Translations under genes and position numbers: made by a program
Part shown: one piece after another, positions 1 to 12,876 of the stretch
Layout of the letters: every line of letters begins with the position of its first letter
Position numbering within the stretch: the stretch's first letter is position 1
Assembly: GCA_000934665.2 (NCBI GenBank)
Contig: KZ538102.1
Span: 1-64,000 of the forward strand
Source: Catajapyx aquilonaris
Lineage: Eukaryota
Reading direction: 5' to 3'
DNA: 64,000 nt
The notes under the pieces: model-generated
The model's database searches: none
The model's input: the letters and a program-made list of their open reading frames with translations, nothing else
Told to the model about the DNA's origin: nothing

Positions 1-1781
1 CCCCCCCCCCCCATTGAAAATCTATACCTACGCCCGTGTACTCACCTATTCTCACCGGCCTGTTCCCGCCCGTGGCCCTGTACCGACAGTGCGGGGCAAT
101 ATAATAGGCTAATTCCCGTCTTTCTTTCTTTTAAATAAGCAACTCATGAAGCTGCTGTGTGAAATCAATCAGCGCACTTTTTCTTATGCGAAAATCTCAA
201 TTCTTGACAGTCTTTGAAATTTTGTAAAATTAGCAAAAGGACCATTTTTGTAATAAATACAGTACCATGCATTTTCTCTTCAGCCCTGTTAGTCATCCCA
301 TCAGACAGTGTTTATTTAGATAACTCTGTTCAAGGATCATTCTGGGACTGATTAGGGCCTATATTTGGCCCCATTGCGTACTTTCAAGGTGCACATGCGT
401 TCCTTCAAATGCAATTATTTTCCTTAAATCAAAAAACTCCTCCTGAGATTTTTTTCTATGTCAGGGAAAGGGTCTGAGTTACAACATATTTAAAAATCGG
501 ATTTTAAATTAGGCGGATTTTTTTTTTAAAAAAATTGAAATTTTGAAAATGGGACAAAATTTTCAAAAAAGTCAAAATACGAATTTTCAATCCTTAGTGA
601 GATTGGGCTATCGAATATCTTCAAAGGGAGCGGTCTACGACGTCTGTAGCTCAATTGGTTCACGAGATATGACCGATTTCTGAAACCCTACCTTCCGAAA
701 ATGACGTTTTTTTCGGTGGGCCTATCTCCGGGGAGGGGGGGTAAATCTCAAAACCGCGCAAATGGTATTTTTGAAAGACGTAATTAAAGCGATTCGCCGA
801 TTTTCGTCAAAATCTGACAACCCAAGGGTCAATTTTCCTTAAAAGCTCGGTGAATTGACATGGAATGACCCGGGTAGCAAATATTAGCAGCTGGACTATG
901 ATTTTCTAGTTACAGTACATCCTGAACGTCACCATAACAGCAATTTCATTTTGTCGTTCCGTGTCGTGCGTTTTTCAGGATAGGATTTATCAAACTAACA
1001 CCAAAAAAATCAAGCTATTTTTAAAATTTTATTTTATAAAAATTAAACATAATTAGTAAATAAATAAATGATTTAATTCTGTTTGTAACCCTCTCATTTT
1101 ATTAAGAACATTATTTGCAATCATTTATACCATTTATCCTATACAGTTATTACATTCGACAGTGTTTTCGGTACATCCTGTAGGTCTTTGTTCAAAATAA
1201 CATTGAAATCAAAATCAGTGACCGCGAAAGCATCGGGAATTGTTATTTACACCTACTTATAGTGTTCTTGTCTAGAAGTTCTTGAATTCTATGGCGACTT
1301 TTTGGTACACCCTGTATGTCTAGGTTCAAAATAACCTAAAATTCGAAATCAGCGACCCCGAAAACATGGGGAGACATGTTTTTTACGTACCTAAACGGTT
1401 TAGTTGAGGAGGTATCATTTTCGATCGTGGTTTTTCTGAAATCAAACACTGTGGGACGGCTCCCCAGAGGAGCCGCCCGTCCCGTGATCAACTCCTGAAC
1501 CCGTAAGGTCCGGAGCTCACCCCAATCTCGTCCGATAGGCCTCTCGACTTCTGCCTGGTCGCCCAGGCCTCCGTCGAGCCCCAAAGGGTAAGGTCCAGTC
1601 GGAGAAATCGGGGCCCGCTCCGGACCCCCGTCCAGTCCGATAAAGGTACCGTGCCAGATGCCCCCTGTGGGCGGTGCACTTCACCCAATTATTATTATTA
1701 TTATTATTATTATTTCTGTCGAACGTGGTGTCAGGCTACGCATGCAGAAGTGATTGAACGTGGAGGAATAATCATTATAAA

Positions 1782-2398
1782 TCATCCCCATAGAGAGCCT
1801 CGGGAGTTCGTAAGTAAGTCGGGTTGTTCGTAAACCGGGGCTTCCCGCATAACACTCTCTGTTAAAATATGAATTCGCATGTGATGTTTAAAAATATTTG
1901 GACTGCGAAATTTTTCCTGGCACACCTCACAATGAAATGGTATGAATTTGGGAGGCGGAGTGGTGCTGCGGTAATGCACGTGCCCACGGAGGTTAAGGTC
2001 CTGGGTTCGATCCCAGCCCGGGGTTCCCCCCTTCATCTCGTGCAGAGTTGGGCCATCTCTGGCTTCGTCTCGGGTGGAAATTTCCGCTACACTAATCCAC
2101 TCGGGGAGTTCACAAAATGACCAATATGCAACATTGCACTTGCACTATGCACATCTCCTCCTACTTACCCTTGGAACAATTAACATCTGGTATATACATT
2201 ATATGGTTCCAAAAATAGTGGTATTCCACTCCCCTAAAAAGGGCGCAAGGCCTGATAATGGGGTACTGTAAAAAAAAAGGGGGGGGGGGGGGGTATGAAT
2301 TTGCATGTGGGTTTTTAGTGTTTGCCAGTCTAAAATTTTTATTGCACACCTTACAATAATGAATGGCTTTTCTCCCGTATGCATTCACATGTGCTTTT
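1782..2398 (-). pseudogene. Decayed 3' C2H2 fingers of the same gene
   Basis: Fragments LKKHM*MHTGEKPF, HYCKVCNKNF, LKTHMQIHT and PFHCEVCQEKF...HMRIH lie in different frames, with an in-frame TGA and a SINE insertion. Confidence 0.75.
1951..2291 (+). mobile_element. tRNA-derived SINE
   Basis: A-box-like tggtgctgcgg, B-box ggttcgatccc (2004-2014), A/G tail, exact 12-bp TSD ggtatgaatttg (1939-1950, 2292-2303). Confidence 0.85.
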
Positions 2399-3342
2399 TC
2401 AAATAGCCTGAATCATGGACTTTCCTGGCACACCCTTTTTTTCTCTTTTTTTTTTCTGGCACCAGGCACAAACGAGTGGCTTTTTTCCTGTATGAACGTT
2501 ACGCATGTGCTTTTCCAGAGTCCATGGATCACCAAACTTTTTCATGCACACCTTACAAAAGAATGACCTTTCGCCCGTACTCCTTCTAAACTGGAGAGAT
2601 GGACTCACGCTATCCTGGCATACCTCACAATGCAGTGGTCTCTCTCCGTAATGAGTTTTCAGGTGACTAAAAAAAAAGTCGGGATCACTAAACCTTATCT
2701 CACACAACACACAAATGAATGGCTTAACTTTAGAACAACCTGGAGTAAGAAATTTGTTCTCGCATGCCACACAGTGAAATGGATTTTTCCCTGACGACCC
2801 GGAATGACTTAGCTCGTGAGTTTTCAAAGAACTCGCAGAACGAAATGTCTTCAGGCAAATCTGGCAAAAATAATGTATGTGGTGACGAGTTGACAGGTGA
2901 ATTTTGTATTCATGCCGAGTCCTAACCAATTTCTTGCATATTTCGCATGCATATGTAATTTCTTCAGTGCTTCTATCCTCCTGAGTTCTGTCCTTTCCTT
3001 CTCCATCTTCAGTGGTCTCATGCACGATCTGAAATGAGTGTATCAAGTTTAGTGCAAACTTTACATCGCAATTACAGCATGATTACTTACTGCACTAATC
3101 CTTCTGGAACCAAGAGCTAATGGGTCTTCATCTTCGGCAACACAGGCCACCACCATCTGTTCTTCCTCTTCTGGTGCCGCCTCCTCCTCCTCCTCCTCCT
3201 CCTCCTCCTCCTCCTCCTCACCCAGTGCATCACTTATGATGGAGCATGACGGAGTCTCCTCCTTCAGACGCTGATCCCGGGTCTCCTCCACCGTCACGTC
3301 TCCCTCCTCCAGGTTCTCACTCTTCACTTCCAACGAGGTCAT
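2399..3342 (-). CDS. C2H2 zinc-finger protein with acidic N-terminus (coding exons 3342-3091 and 3028-2399)
   Basis: Repeated CxxC...HxxxH fingers with TGE(R/K)P-like linkers; phase-0 GT-AG intron 3090-3029; poly-Glu from a (tcc)n tract. Confidence 0.8.
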
Positions 3343-4487
3343 GGTCCTGCAAGTCACACAATCATCTCAATCCACATCCCAATATTGCAGGATCTGTCAA
3401 GAGGAACATTCAGATGTGCCATACAGTTAAAACCAGTTAAAACACAGGCCTACTCTACATTCTCACACCTGAGTCCCAATTTACTCTCCTTGACAGTATT
3501 GAGCATGTCCTGTACCTCAACTCTAGTTACCTGGTCTCACCTTAGTGTACTACACGTTTAAAATAACGGGATAGGGATACACAATCAAAAGTGGAAGCTT
3601 CCAGAACCGCTGGCGCTGGCGGGATCAGGGCATCAGGCGAGGCGAGTAATGGCGAGCACACTGGCGAGTGCCACCTGCGCCATCGCGTAGCGGCGGCCAT
3701 GTTGCAAACTTATATTTGGAGGGAGAATCACGGACATATAATGCAGCACGTAATGGAGTAAGGAAATGTCAGCGTACATTTAAACAACTTCACCTTTCCG
3801 CCGCTAGAAGTAAGCTGCTTGGAAACGCTTGGAAATTACTTTCAGGCATTTTACTCTAATATATATGAATTAAAAATTATATTATAGATAATTTATATTT
3901 TACAGTATCTGGAAGCCTGATATTTGTGAAGTTGCATACTCCAGTGGCGTTGTAAGTAACAGCGGTTGGAAGTCACACTAGCAATGCTTTCCCCCCCCCT
4001 TCTCGAAGGGAAAGGGAAACCGACAAAAGAACAACGTGCGACAAAAACCGAAATGGCGCGGAGCCGGTTAGGTTGCTGTTGTTCCGTTGCCGTTCGCGTG
4101 AAGTGAAGTGTTTCTAGACGAGCAGGTCTGCTCCCCTTGTCCTTGTCCGCCGTTATTGCAAGTGGCGGCCCTGACACGACTCCATTCGTCAGGTCCTGCC
4201 GCAATAAGGTATGTATTTCTTGGTCATCCACATCACCACATGCAAGGCCAACCGTTTTTGTCAGGAAGGGTATCAAAGTTGTATCATGAATGGGCTGTTA
4301 CTACCAATAAGATTCGCAAATGGGCCTAGCCCAATGGGAAGTTATTTCAGATGTGGTTACACTTCTGTGGAGGATACCAGACCTGAGGTTAAGATTGCTG
4401 TCAATGTTGGGTGTCGATACCAGTGTGGAGTAAGGTGGTTGTGTGTCATGAGTTGTCATGGTCAGCTGCAGCCAGCACCACTGACTA

Positions 4488-4828
4488 CTGTCTGATTTAT
4501 TCTACTTTTGACCCACGTCACCAAGCCCCCTTCTCCTCCACCCGTCTACCCTTTCACGGACTGTGCTTATTACCGACCTAACCTCATGCACGTGGTCACC
4601 GCTGTCACCATTAATGCAATGCTGTTCCTTCCTGACCGTGACAAGGTAATATGCAGTGTCGATTAACACTCACATTATAATTTATATCACAAATGTATGC
4701 CGTGTGATTTAATTACAACATTGTCATACCACATGTGTTAAGTTAGGTTGGTAACATGTACAGTCCGTGGAGGGGTGGAGCAGAGGGGGGCTTGATGACG
4801 TGAGTCCGGAGTAGAATGAATCAGACAG
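4488..4828. mobile_element. MITE with long terminal inverted repeats
   Basis: ctgtctgatttattctact... / ...agtagaatgaatcagacag, TA on both sides, inverted arms of about 100 bp. Confidence 0.75.
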
Positions 4829-5132
4829 TAAACATCCTGTGGACTGAATGCAAATTTTTTGCAGCAAAAAAAGGCTAATAAGCATTAGTTTTATGTGAGA
4901 TGGTGTTGTAAATAATGGTTATTTCTGGCATGTGAAAACGTCACATGATGATAAGGATGCAGATCATCCTTTATATTATAGCACTGGTCTGTAAATCTAT
5001 GCCTAGATGTGTACTTGTGTTCCATATTAATATCAGATAATGCTTGGTAATACTTGATGGATTTGTTTGCTCTCCTGTGACTCAGTACAATGCCATATGG
5101 AGTCATTAGCATTTCATTTTATAATGGAACAA

Positions 5133-5605
5133 GAAAAACCCTCGCGTCGCTCACATTTTTCTATGGCTCAGGCCTAGAAAACCACTCGCTTTTTTCTAGG
5201 CCTGTAGTGTAGGCCATGTTAATGATGCTCATATGCATCATAGTCCCCTCCCTCCCTCCCGCCTGCCTCCCCCCTCCTTATATTAACCCTTTGACAGCTA
5301 CGTACATCATATTGTGATGTCCAGAGCGTTTTTTAATTTGGCGCCCTAGGATGTGCATAGAGAAGGCGAACTTTGTGGTTCCAAACACGGTTCAGTATGC
5401 TCCTGCCATCTCTTAGATGGTGACGCAACTACCATAGCAACCCCCAGATTCCCCCCTGTTCCCGCCAAGTTGAGTCGTATATGCCAAGGTCACGTTGCTC
5501 CCACATGATTGTTTATGTAAACATATATGCGCCCTTCACACAGGGTGACCCGCCCTTCACACAGGGTGACCCGCCCTTCACACAGGGTGACCCGTAAAGT
5601 CTGGA
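5133..5605. repeat. Dispersed repeat, second copy at ~13514-13961; includes a 3x 21-bp tandem (cgcccttcacacagggtgacc)
   Basis: Long collinear similarity between the two regions, e.g. ggatgtgcatagagaaggcgaactt and gagtcgtatatgccaaggtcacgttgctcccac. Confidence 0.8.
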
Positions 5606-6123
5606 TCTGTTAACTTGAAGCCATTGCAGCTTCATTTTCGTCTATGTGGCTCAATGAATGCACATGTTTCACATGTTAATAGATATACTGTATCATTTTA
5701 GGATTCACAGTGTGTTAAATGCAAGTAGTCTATAAATGGTGTGGGGATTCACCTTCTTCAGATTTACGGTTGAAATTGCTTAGAATGTGGACATGATGTT
5801 GACATTAACAATAATGATTGTGTTGAGTAATTTTGTAGTGTATTAAGTTCAAACCTCCCCTACTCCCCCATGGTATGATCCATCATGCTGGTATCAACCC
5901 TCCCCTTCCTGCAGTGTGACGGTGGCGGTTGATGCTTGACATTTTAGGGATGGCAAGCAGATTTTACCAGCAAGAAACTATCAGGAATCATTCTTGAGCT
6001 TGATTCTATGAACAATCATTATTTCCATCAGTGTCTTCAGCTTCTTTGCCCAAAGTTCTTCAGTTACAGTGGATTTACTCCAATCTGGAACAGACTGCCT
6101 TTTATTGTTAAAGTGGCTTTTGG

Positions 6124-6127
<4 letters not shown>

Positions 6128-6176
<49 letters not shown>

Positions 6177-6431
6177 GATACCCCGTGATAGGCCCCCCGG
6201 GCCTCTTAGGGGATCATCTTTTGAATAACCGACTTTAATCATTTGCCTGTAATGTGATGGATTTTGATAGTGGGAGGAAACAGGAGAACCCCGAGAAAAC
6301 CCACGTGAACACGGAGAGAACCCATCGAAACTCTATCCACATAAGTATCCTCCGTCCGACCCGGGGATCGAACTCGGGACCTTAGAGGTGGAAGGCTGCG
6401 GCGCTAACCACTCGGCCACCATGTCGCCCTA
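6128..6431 (-). mobile_element. tRNA-derived SINE with (att)n tail
   Basis: Reverse complement starts gggcgacatggtggccgagtggttagcg...gagttcgatcccc; core gtgggttttctcggggttctcctgtttcctccca; degenerate TSD gcttttggatat/gctttcagatat. Confidence 0.85.
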
Positions 6432-6664
6432 GCTTTCAGATATTTAAAAACCCTATACACAATCTATTCCTTTTCTTACCCTACTTTCGTGCATGGGACA
6501 AATTTTTATGTAGTTCCAAACATAAATATGTTGTATTTTGGGAAGTCATGTGACAAATTGAAATTGACTTATATACCCAGCACTACTTATATAATTAGCC
6601 TTGCTGTCCTTACCCATGCTTGGTAAAAGGGTACAGTTTTTCCATTGTTTTTGCAGAGAAGAGC

Positions 6665-7147
6665 ATGCGGCTGCGAGATAGGACTAACCGAATTGTCATG
6701 GCTGAGAGCTCCAGTTCCAGCCCTGAGCGGGAAATTACTCCAAAAAAAAGAAAGAGGCCTGCTAAATCCAAGGTGAAGCCAAAGGCCAGCATTATGACTT
6801 CTGAAAACAGGTTTGTGGAAAAAGAATGGACAGAAAAGCAAATGCCAAAGTCAATTCCTGAGAATACCTCTTTTATGTACAGCCCAATAGAAGCTGATGA
6901 CCCCTACGAGTTTGTCATCGATAGTGAAGATGAGAACCAAGGTTGTACTAAGAAGAAACCAGTGAAGCAGAAGCGCTCCAGGGTCAAGCGTCCCAGGGCT
7001 CCGAAAATTGGAACCAAAGTTGTTGGAAACCCAATTCAGTTTAAGAAGGAGGAAACTGGACGGAACGTTGAAAAGGTGACCCAAACGAGTACTGCTAAGC
7101 TTAACCCTCAGTTGGTTACATGGGAATTTTGTGATCAAGGCCATATA
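6665..7147 (+). CDS. Orphan Lys/Ser-rich nuclear-type ORF (NLS-like PKKRKR), interrupted by a MITE; candidate further exons at ~4100-4208 and ~9942-10132
   Basis: Acceptor ttgcag before 6658; open frame ends in the MITE TIR; donor sites at 4209 and 10133. Confidence 0.4.
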
Positions 7148-7940
7148 CAGTGAAATTTCGATATAACGCTCCTCAAGGGACCATCTAAAAGTGGCGCTAT
7201 AAGCGGGAATTCGTTATATGTGGGACATGCAATTTAATTCACCTTTTTCTCAAGAAATGAATGCCTTCAGTGTTGCTATGTACTGTACATGGATGCTTAT
7301 AAACCATGTTAACCTGAACTGACCTGCCCAGGTACCACGTAGACCCAGAAAATATCCAGTAAAGCACCCAAAACAATATTGACTAACAAGGATCATAGTT
7401 CACATAAGCTGCCTCTCCGCAACGTTGACATGTTTAACACTTGGCGCCAAGGCCCACCTCTGTACACCATCCCACAATGGCCCTCATACCTCAAAGGTGT
7501 ATGGGAAAAAAATGCCCTGCTATTCATCGCTTGTTGTCAATTGCTCATTGCTGGCATACTGCCAGCCGGCTCTCGAGTCTCCCCGCCCTTCCCCCGTTGG
7601 TCTCAGGCCATATCCCGCCACGACTCAGCAACCCTATCTGCTCATCAGAGAGTCCCTGCTGTTGCCACATATCACTCACCCACCCTAATCTAGGCATGCC
7701 CAAATCTCAGCAGGCAGGGTGAAATTCAGGCTCCGTACGTACACATGATACGCCCTTTGATGTTATATGCAGGATAATTATCTCTGGGGGCCAGGAAAAT
7801 TGAGCTGTATATGTGGGAAAGCGTTATAAGCTGAAAAATTTACCGTAGGTCCTTATGGGGATGATCAAGGGACTGGAAAATAAGGGGTGTTAAAAGCGGG
7901 AAAGCGTTATGTGCAGGAGCGTTATATCGAGATTTTACTG
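7148..7940. mobile_element. Tc1/mariner-pogo-type MITE
   Basis: TIR cagtgaaatttcgatataacgc / gcgttatatcgagattttactg with TA TSD. Confidence 0.8.
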
Positions 7941-10900
7941 TAATTGTTATAACATGGTAAATGTAGCACATTTGGGCTTCACGTTTGGGAACAAGCTTTG
8001 TTTGATTCCTCTTGTGGTTAGCGGCATTTTGTTTAAATGTTTGGAGCAAATAGCACAATCAGGAAAAAATAAACTGTGCTCCTGTGCCTACACCTCATAT
8101 CACCTTGATGGGTTGGGATATACTGTATGTGAAACAACTGAAACTGCATTCCAAGAACGATTCACATTCTGCATTCCAAGATTGATTCACATTCTGCGTT
8201 CCAGAGGGAGACCTGAGCTTATCAGTAGCCCTAGTGATGCATGCATACATGGAAATCTGAAGTTATTCTAAAATGAAGCCAACCTTCTCCACAACTTCCA
8301 AAAATTGGCAACAACTCGCTAACATGATCAGATTACCTGCTGTCCAAAGGAAAACTAATCCAGATTTGGTGACATGGGGACATTTTGGCCCCAAAATGTA
8401 TTGGTGCATAAGTTATATTTTCCAGGTCATGCTATTTGCTCAAAAAATATAAACTAAACTCCATTAATCACAGGAGGAAGGTGTTCTCAAAGGTGAAGCC
8501 CATATGTGCTTTATTTCCCATGTTATGTTATAACAAAAAATGTGGCTTGGTCACAAAATGTGCCCACGTCACCAAAGGTGGAACTTTTTGATTGCCCTTG
8601 TTGGAGAGGGTTAAAGAATCTTTTGCAGGATCAGTTTTCACATGCCTCTTGATAATATTTGGGCATGATATTTGGATTTGCAATATTTATGAACTTAAAA
8701 TGGCAGTAGCCTTCAGGCTGTCACAAATTCGTTTATTAGGAAGTTGGGTGGACAATGAGTGATTAGGAAGCAAGGCAGAAAATTGGCAATTAAGGAGAGA
8801 ATTACACATTGTGGTAATTCACACATTCCATGTTTTCTCAGCAGGTGGTGGGAGGAAGGGAAAATATTGCAGAAGTCTAGCCCATGGGGCTTTGGGCTGG
8901 CAGGGAATTTGCAGCAAAGGGATCATAACTGTTTATTGGAATGCCCTTCCTTGGGGATGGGGTTGCTAGCTCGTTCAATTCCACATTTCCACCTGCCATC
9001 CCCTTCCTAATTGCCAAAGGAGGTGTTCTAACTAGATGATCATGACAAGATGCAATTCACTCAACTCACATCATATGACGTGCAAATTATGCTCAGTAGT
9101 GTATATTATGATTGGGAGAGTAGTAAGAATTTGTGTCCCTACACAAGCAACCATAATGGGTCAACAACACAGAAGGCATTTATTTGTTCATCACAAAAGT
9201 GGAAGTGAGCTGATGTCACATACTGACAACATGGTGTTGTCCAGTCTGAAACCTGTGATTCGAACCACTTGTCAATTGCTTTGTTGGCTGCCAGATCCAG
9301 TGGTCCACCTGCTTAGCTGTTGACTGGTCCTACCTGTTGTTGTGTCTTTGGGTCTTGAATTGCCTGTGCAAAGTGGAAGACAGAAGGATTGAACTCCATG
9401 TAGTTTCTTCTGCCTTGTTGATTTCCTAATCTCTCATGATGTCAGCTCCCTCTCCAGAACAGGAAAAAACAAAGATTTCGCCTTTTCGCTTAATACTATG
9501 AACCTTGCTAAAAATTGCATGCATACCTCCCTAATACGGTAAGTTCAGTTCCAGATCACTGCCGTAAAGTGAGTCACAGGCATTATTCACTTGCTAGTTA
9601 GTGTACAAGCGTTGAAACATGTTTATACTGTCATATACTATTGTGTTATGTGTGCAATAGCGCTTGGAAAAAAGAAAAGAAAAGAAAAATCAAAAGTAAC
9701 CATGATAAATTTAAAGTGATGCTAGTTGACTCACTCAATTTGGGTTTTATTCAGCTCATTTGCATGTGCACACCAAGAGCAAGACAAGTGTTGAAAAGTA
9801 TAATAACCCATATGGCCTGAGCACGGGGTAAAATAAAAATAAAAAATAACAAAAATAAGTATAATAACTGATACAACTGACATAAAGCAAGGTATGCCTG
9901 TATCACAATATGCATGAGACCAATCCTGCAAAAGTGATCAGATGGCGAACCAGTTCCTGAACCAAATGTACTACATCCACAGGAGGGTGAGCAAGATGGA
10001 GTGGCACTTCCAGCAATTTTAGAATCCATGGATGATGGAGATGTGAACTTGACATCAAATTCACTGGTGCATCCAGAGTTATCAGTAGCAGCTTGCAGTC
10101 GTATGGAGGAGCTTGATACTGCCAATAAAGAGGTAAGATGACATTTTTGATGCTGTGTATCTTTCCTAGAAGGGTTCCAAATACCAAAAGTGCAGTGCCA
10201 TGCTTTGCAAAATGAATGATAGAGAAATTTCAGAATTGGTTATACAGGAAGTACTCATTTTACGTCGTTAATTTGTTCCAGAAAAACGCGGCGTAAAGTG
10301 AATTATAATGCAAGTAAATGAGATAAGTTCCAAAATTTCCAACAATTTTTCATAGGCAGTACTGTACTAATATTGCTGTTTTTAATGCAGAATATTTGAA
10401 ACATTGATTAACCACTTTGGTACCAGATCCAGGAGCTGAGATTCGCTTCTATTCAACTTGCACGTACTCTGAAGATACAGACAAGATATTTTACAAAATA
10501 ATAATAACAGCTATACTTACACTTTCATGCTGTGCTCTATGAATATGTTTGGAACAATTTTCCACTTCTAGAATTTGCAAAATTATTTTCCAAAAAGAGA
10601 TTCGTAACACCTGGAAATTAAATTACTACCGGCCAACTGTTAGGCTGATTTAATTATGAAATATGTTAAAATATACAGAACAACAACCTTGAGAATTGTG
10701 CTATGACAAATCTGCTGAAATCATCGTACTTTGTGAGAATTAAATTAATACTTACTGCGGCTTGCCTCTCACTTTGGAAAATGCCAAAATCTAAATTTTA
10801 ATTCTCGCAAGTACAACAGTTTCACCAGATTTGTCAGCATTATTCTCAAGGTTGTTATTCCGTATATTTTAATGTATTTCATAATTAACCCCTTCGCCAC

Positions 10901-11036
10901 CAGATAGGCCCAAACCACACAGATTTTGGCTGGCGCGTACTACGAAGATACAGACAAGATATTTTACAAATAATAACAGCTATACTTACCAGGCAGGCTA
11001 ACAATATGACCCAAGTAAAGATGAAGGACGCCTAAC

Positions 11037-11038
<2 letters not shown>

Positions 11039-11090
<52 letters not shown>

Positions 11091-11112
11091 TCATACCCTG
11101 TTATCAGCCAAT
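11039..11112 (-). mobile_element. Extremely 5'-truncated retroposon (tail plus (tta)n only)
   Basis: Reverse complement ggctgataacagggtatgata(tta)n matches the SINE tail; TSD ggacgcctaacat/ggacgcctgacat. Confidence 0.65.
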
Positions 11113-11272
11113 GGACGCCTGACATTTTGGACAAATTGTCGTCCCAGTTGTCATTATCGGTTGTTGTCCCAGTTGAGTTCTAGACAACTGTTAGAACAAC
11201 AGTGTGACCCAAGTAAATATGGCGGCTGCCTCAGCCGGGCTAATGGGAAAGGATAGGGAGTGCTCTCTCTAG

Positions 11273-11408
11273 GTATATCCTCCTGAGACCTGATGTCCAA
11301 TATATTGGACATCAGCCAAAAAAAAAGGTGTCAACTGAAATTGACGCCATTTTTTTTTTTTTTTGCTGATGTCCAATATATTGGACATCAGGTCTCAGGA
11401 AGATATAC
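11273..11408. mobile_element. Miniature inverted-repeat element
   Basis: ~43-bp TIRs, each containing the perfect 26-bp palindrome ctgatgtccaatatattggacatcag. Confidence 0.7.
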
Positions 11409-12561
11409 GTAATATACCTTACCCAAATCCCATAGTTTACGCGCACCCCAAAAAAGTGGGGGGTGGGGTAGAAAACAAATGTGATGAAAAATCTCCGTTA
11501 AGATTATCTGGACTTTAGAATTATAATATTGAAGATAATATGAATTATGAAGAGTAACACTGAAGCTAGAATGGCACCGAAGTTAAAGTTAATTTGACAG
11601 TTAACAACTGAAACAAATATTATTACACTTTGGACAGTGAATTTTTGTGGGGTCTGGTAATAATTGCTGTCACTACATTAATTTGTTACGTAGCAGGACA
11701 TTAATTTTAATATGAACCTGAGGGGCCACACAAACCTGAAGACAGCATTAAAATTAATTACAAAAAATCCACCGCGGAATTTAAAAATGTTTATCACGGC
11801 TTGCAAATGTCGAATTTTCTGTGCATTTTTGAGTGCAGGGATTTAAAAAGCCATTCACATTCATTCAATTGAAATTTTTTATCGTAGCACATTGCACTGA
11901 GGTCTAAATACACAATGTCATCACATTTTAATTTATTAATAAATAACAATGTTAAATGTAGTTCAGCAAAGTGGTAGCAAATTCTGAAAACTTAAACGAG
12001 ATATCGACATTTTTTATTCAGCGACAAATTTTTTAAAATTAATTTCAATTCAGTCTTCGGATTTGTGTGGCCCCTCAGGTTCATTATTAAGATTAATGTC
12101 CTGCTACGTAACAAATTAATGTAGTGACAGCAATTATTACCAGACCCCACAGAAATTCACTGTCCAAAGTGTAATAATATTTGTTTCAGTTGTTAACTGT
12201 CAAATGAACTTTAACTTCAGTGCCATTCTAGCTCCATTGTTACTCTTCATAATTATCAATTCTAAAGTCCAGATAATCTTCACTGGGATTTTTTGTCACA
12301 TTTTGTTTACTACCCCACCCCTCCACTTTTTGGGGGCGCACATAAACTATGGGATTTGGGTAAGGTATATATATTATGGCAGATCTCTTTGGGTATAGCC
12401 TATCTGGTAGCGAAGGGGTTAAATCAGACTAACAGTTGGTTGGCAATAATTTAATTTCGAGTTTTTACGGCAATTTTTTTGGAAATGAATTTTGCGACTT
12501 CTAGAAGTGGAAAATTATTCTAAGCATATTCATAGTGTACAGCATGAACATGTAAGTATAG

Positions 12562-12876
12562 AACCGAAGCAGTAGTGGTGGAGTGGATAGGGTGTCCGAC
12601 TGCTAATCGGGAGATCCTGGGTTCGAATCCCGGAGGCCGGCGACCCTGACCATGGTTTTCTGTGGTTTCCCATGGTCCTTGCAGGATAATTCCGGGGTCG
12701 TTACCGTAATATAGGCCACAGCCACTTCCTTCCTTCCCTTTCCCTGCTTCATTCCGATGATGAGTAAAATAGTAAAAATGGAAGAGTTCCAGACAAAAAA
12801 TTGGGAGAAATCCCCCCTTAGGAAAGCCCGGTAGGCTGATAATGGGGTATCTAATTTATTAATTAATTAATTAACC
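12562..12876 (+). mobile_element. tRNA-derived SINE
   Basis: A-box tggtggagtgg, B-box ggttcgaatcc, (aatt)n tail, TSD tgtaagtatag (12551-12561, 12877-12887). Confidence 0.85.

Larger units (their letters stand above)
10889..12418. mobile_element. Nested TTAA-flanked foldback element (piggyBac-like)
   Basis: ttaa-ccccttcgccaccagatagg / cctatctggtagcgaagggg-ttaa; internal inverted arms ~11413-11760 and ~12040-12372. Confidence 0.75.

Noticed and set aside
1690..6176. Poly-Tyr and poly-Asn ORFs
   Set aside because: These are (att/aat)n microsatellites or a SINE tail
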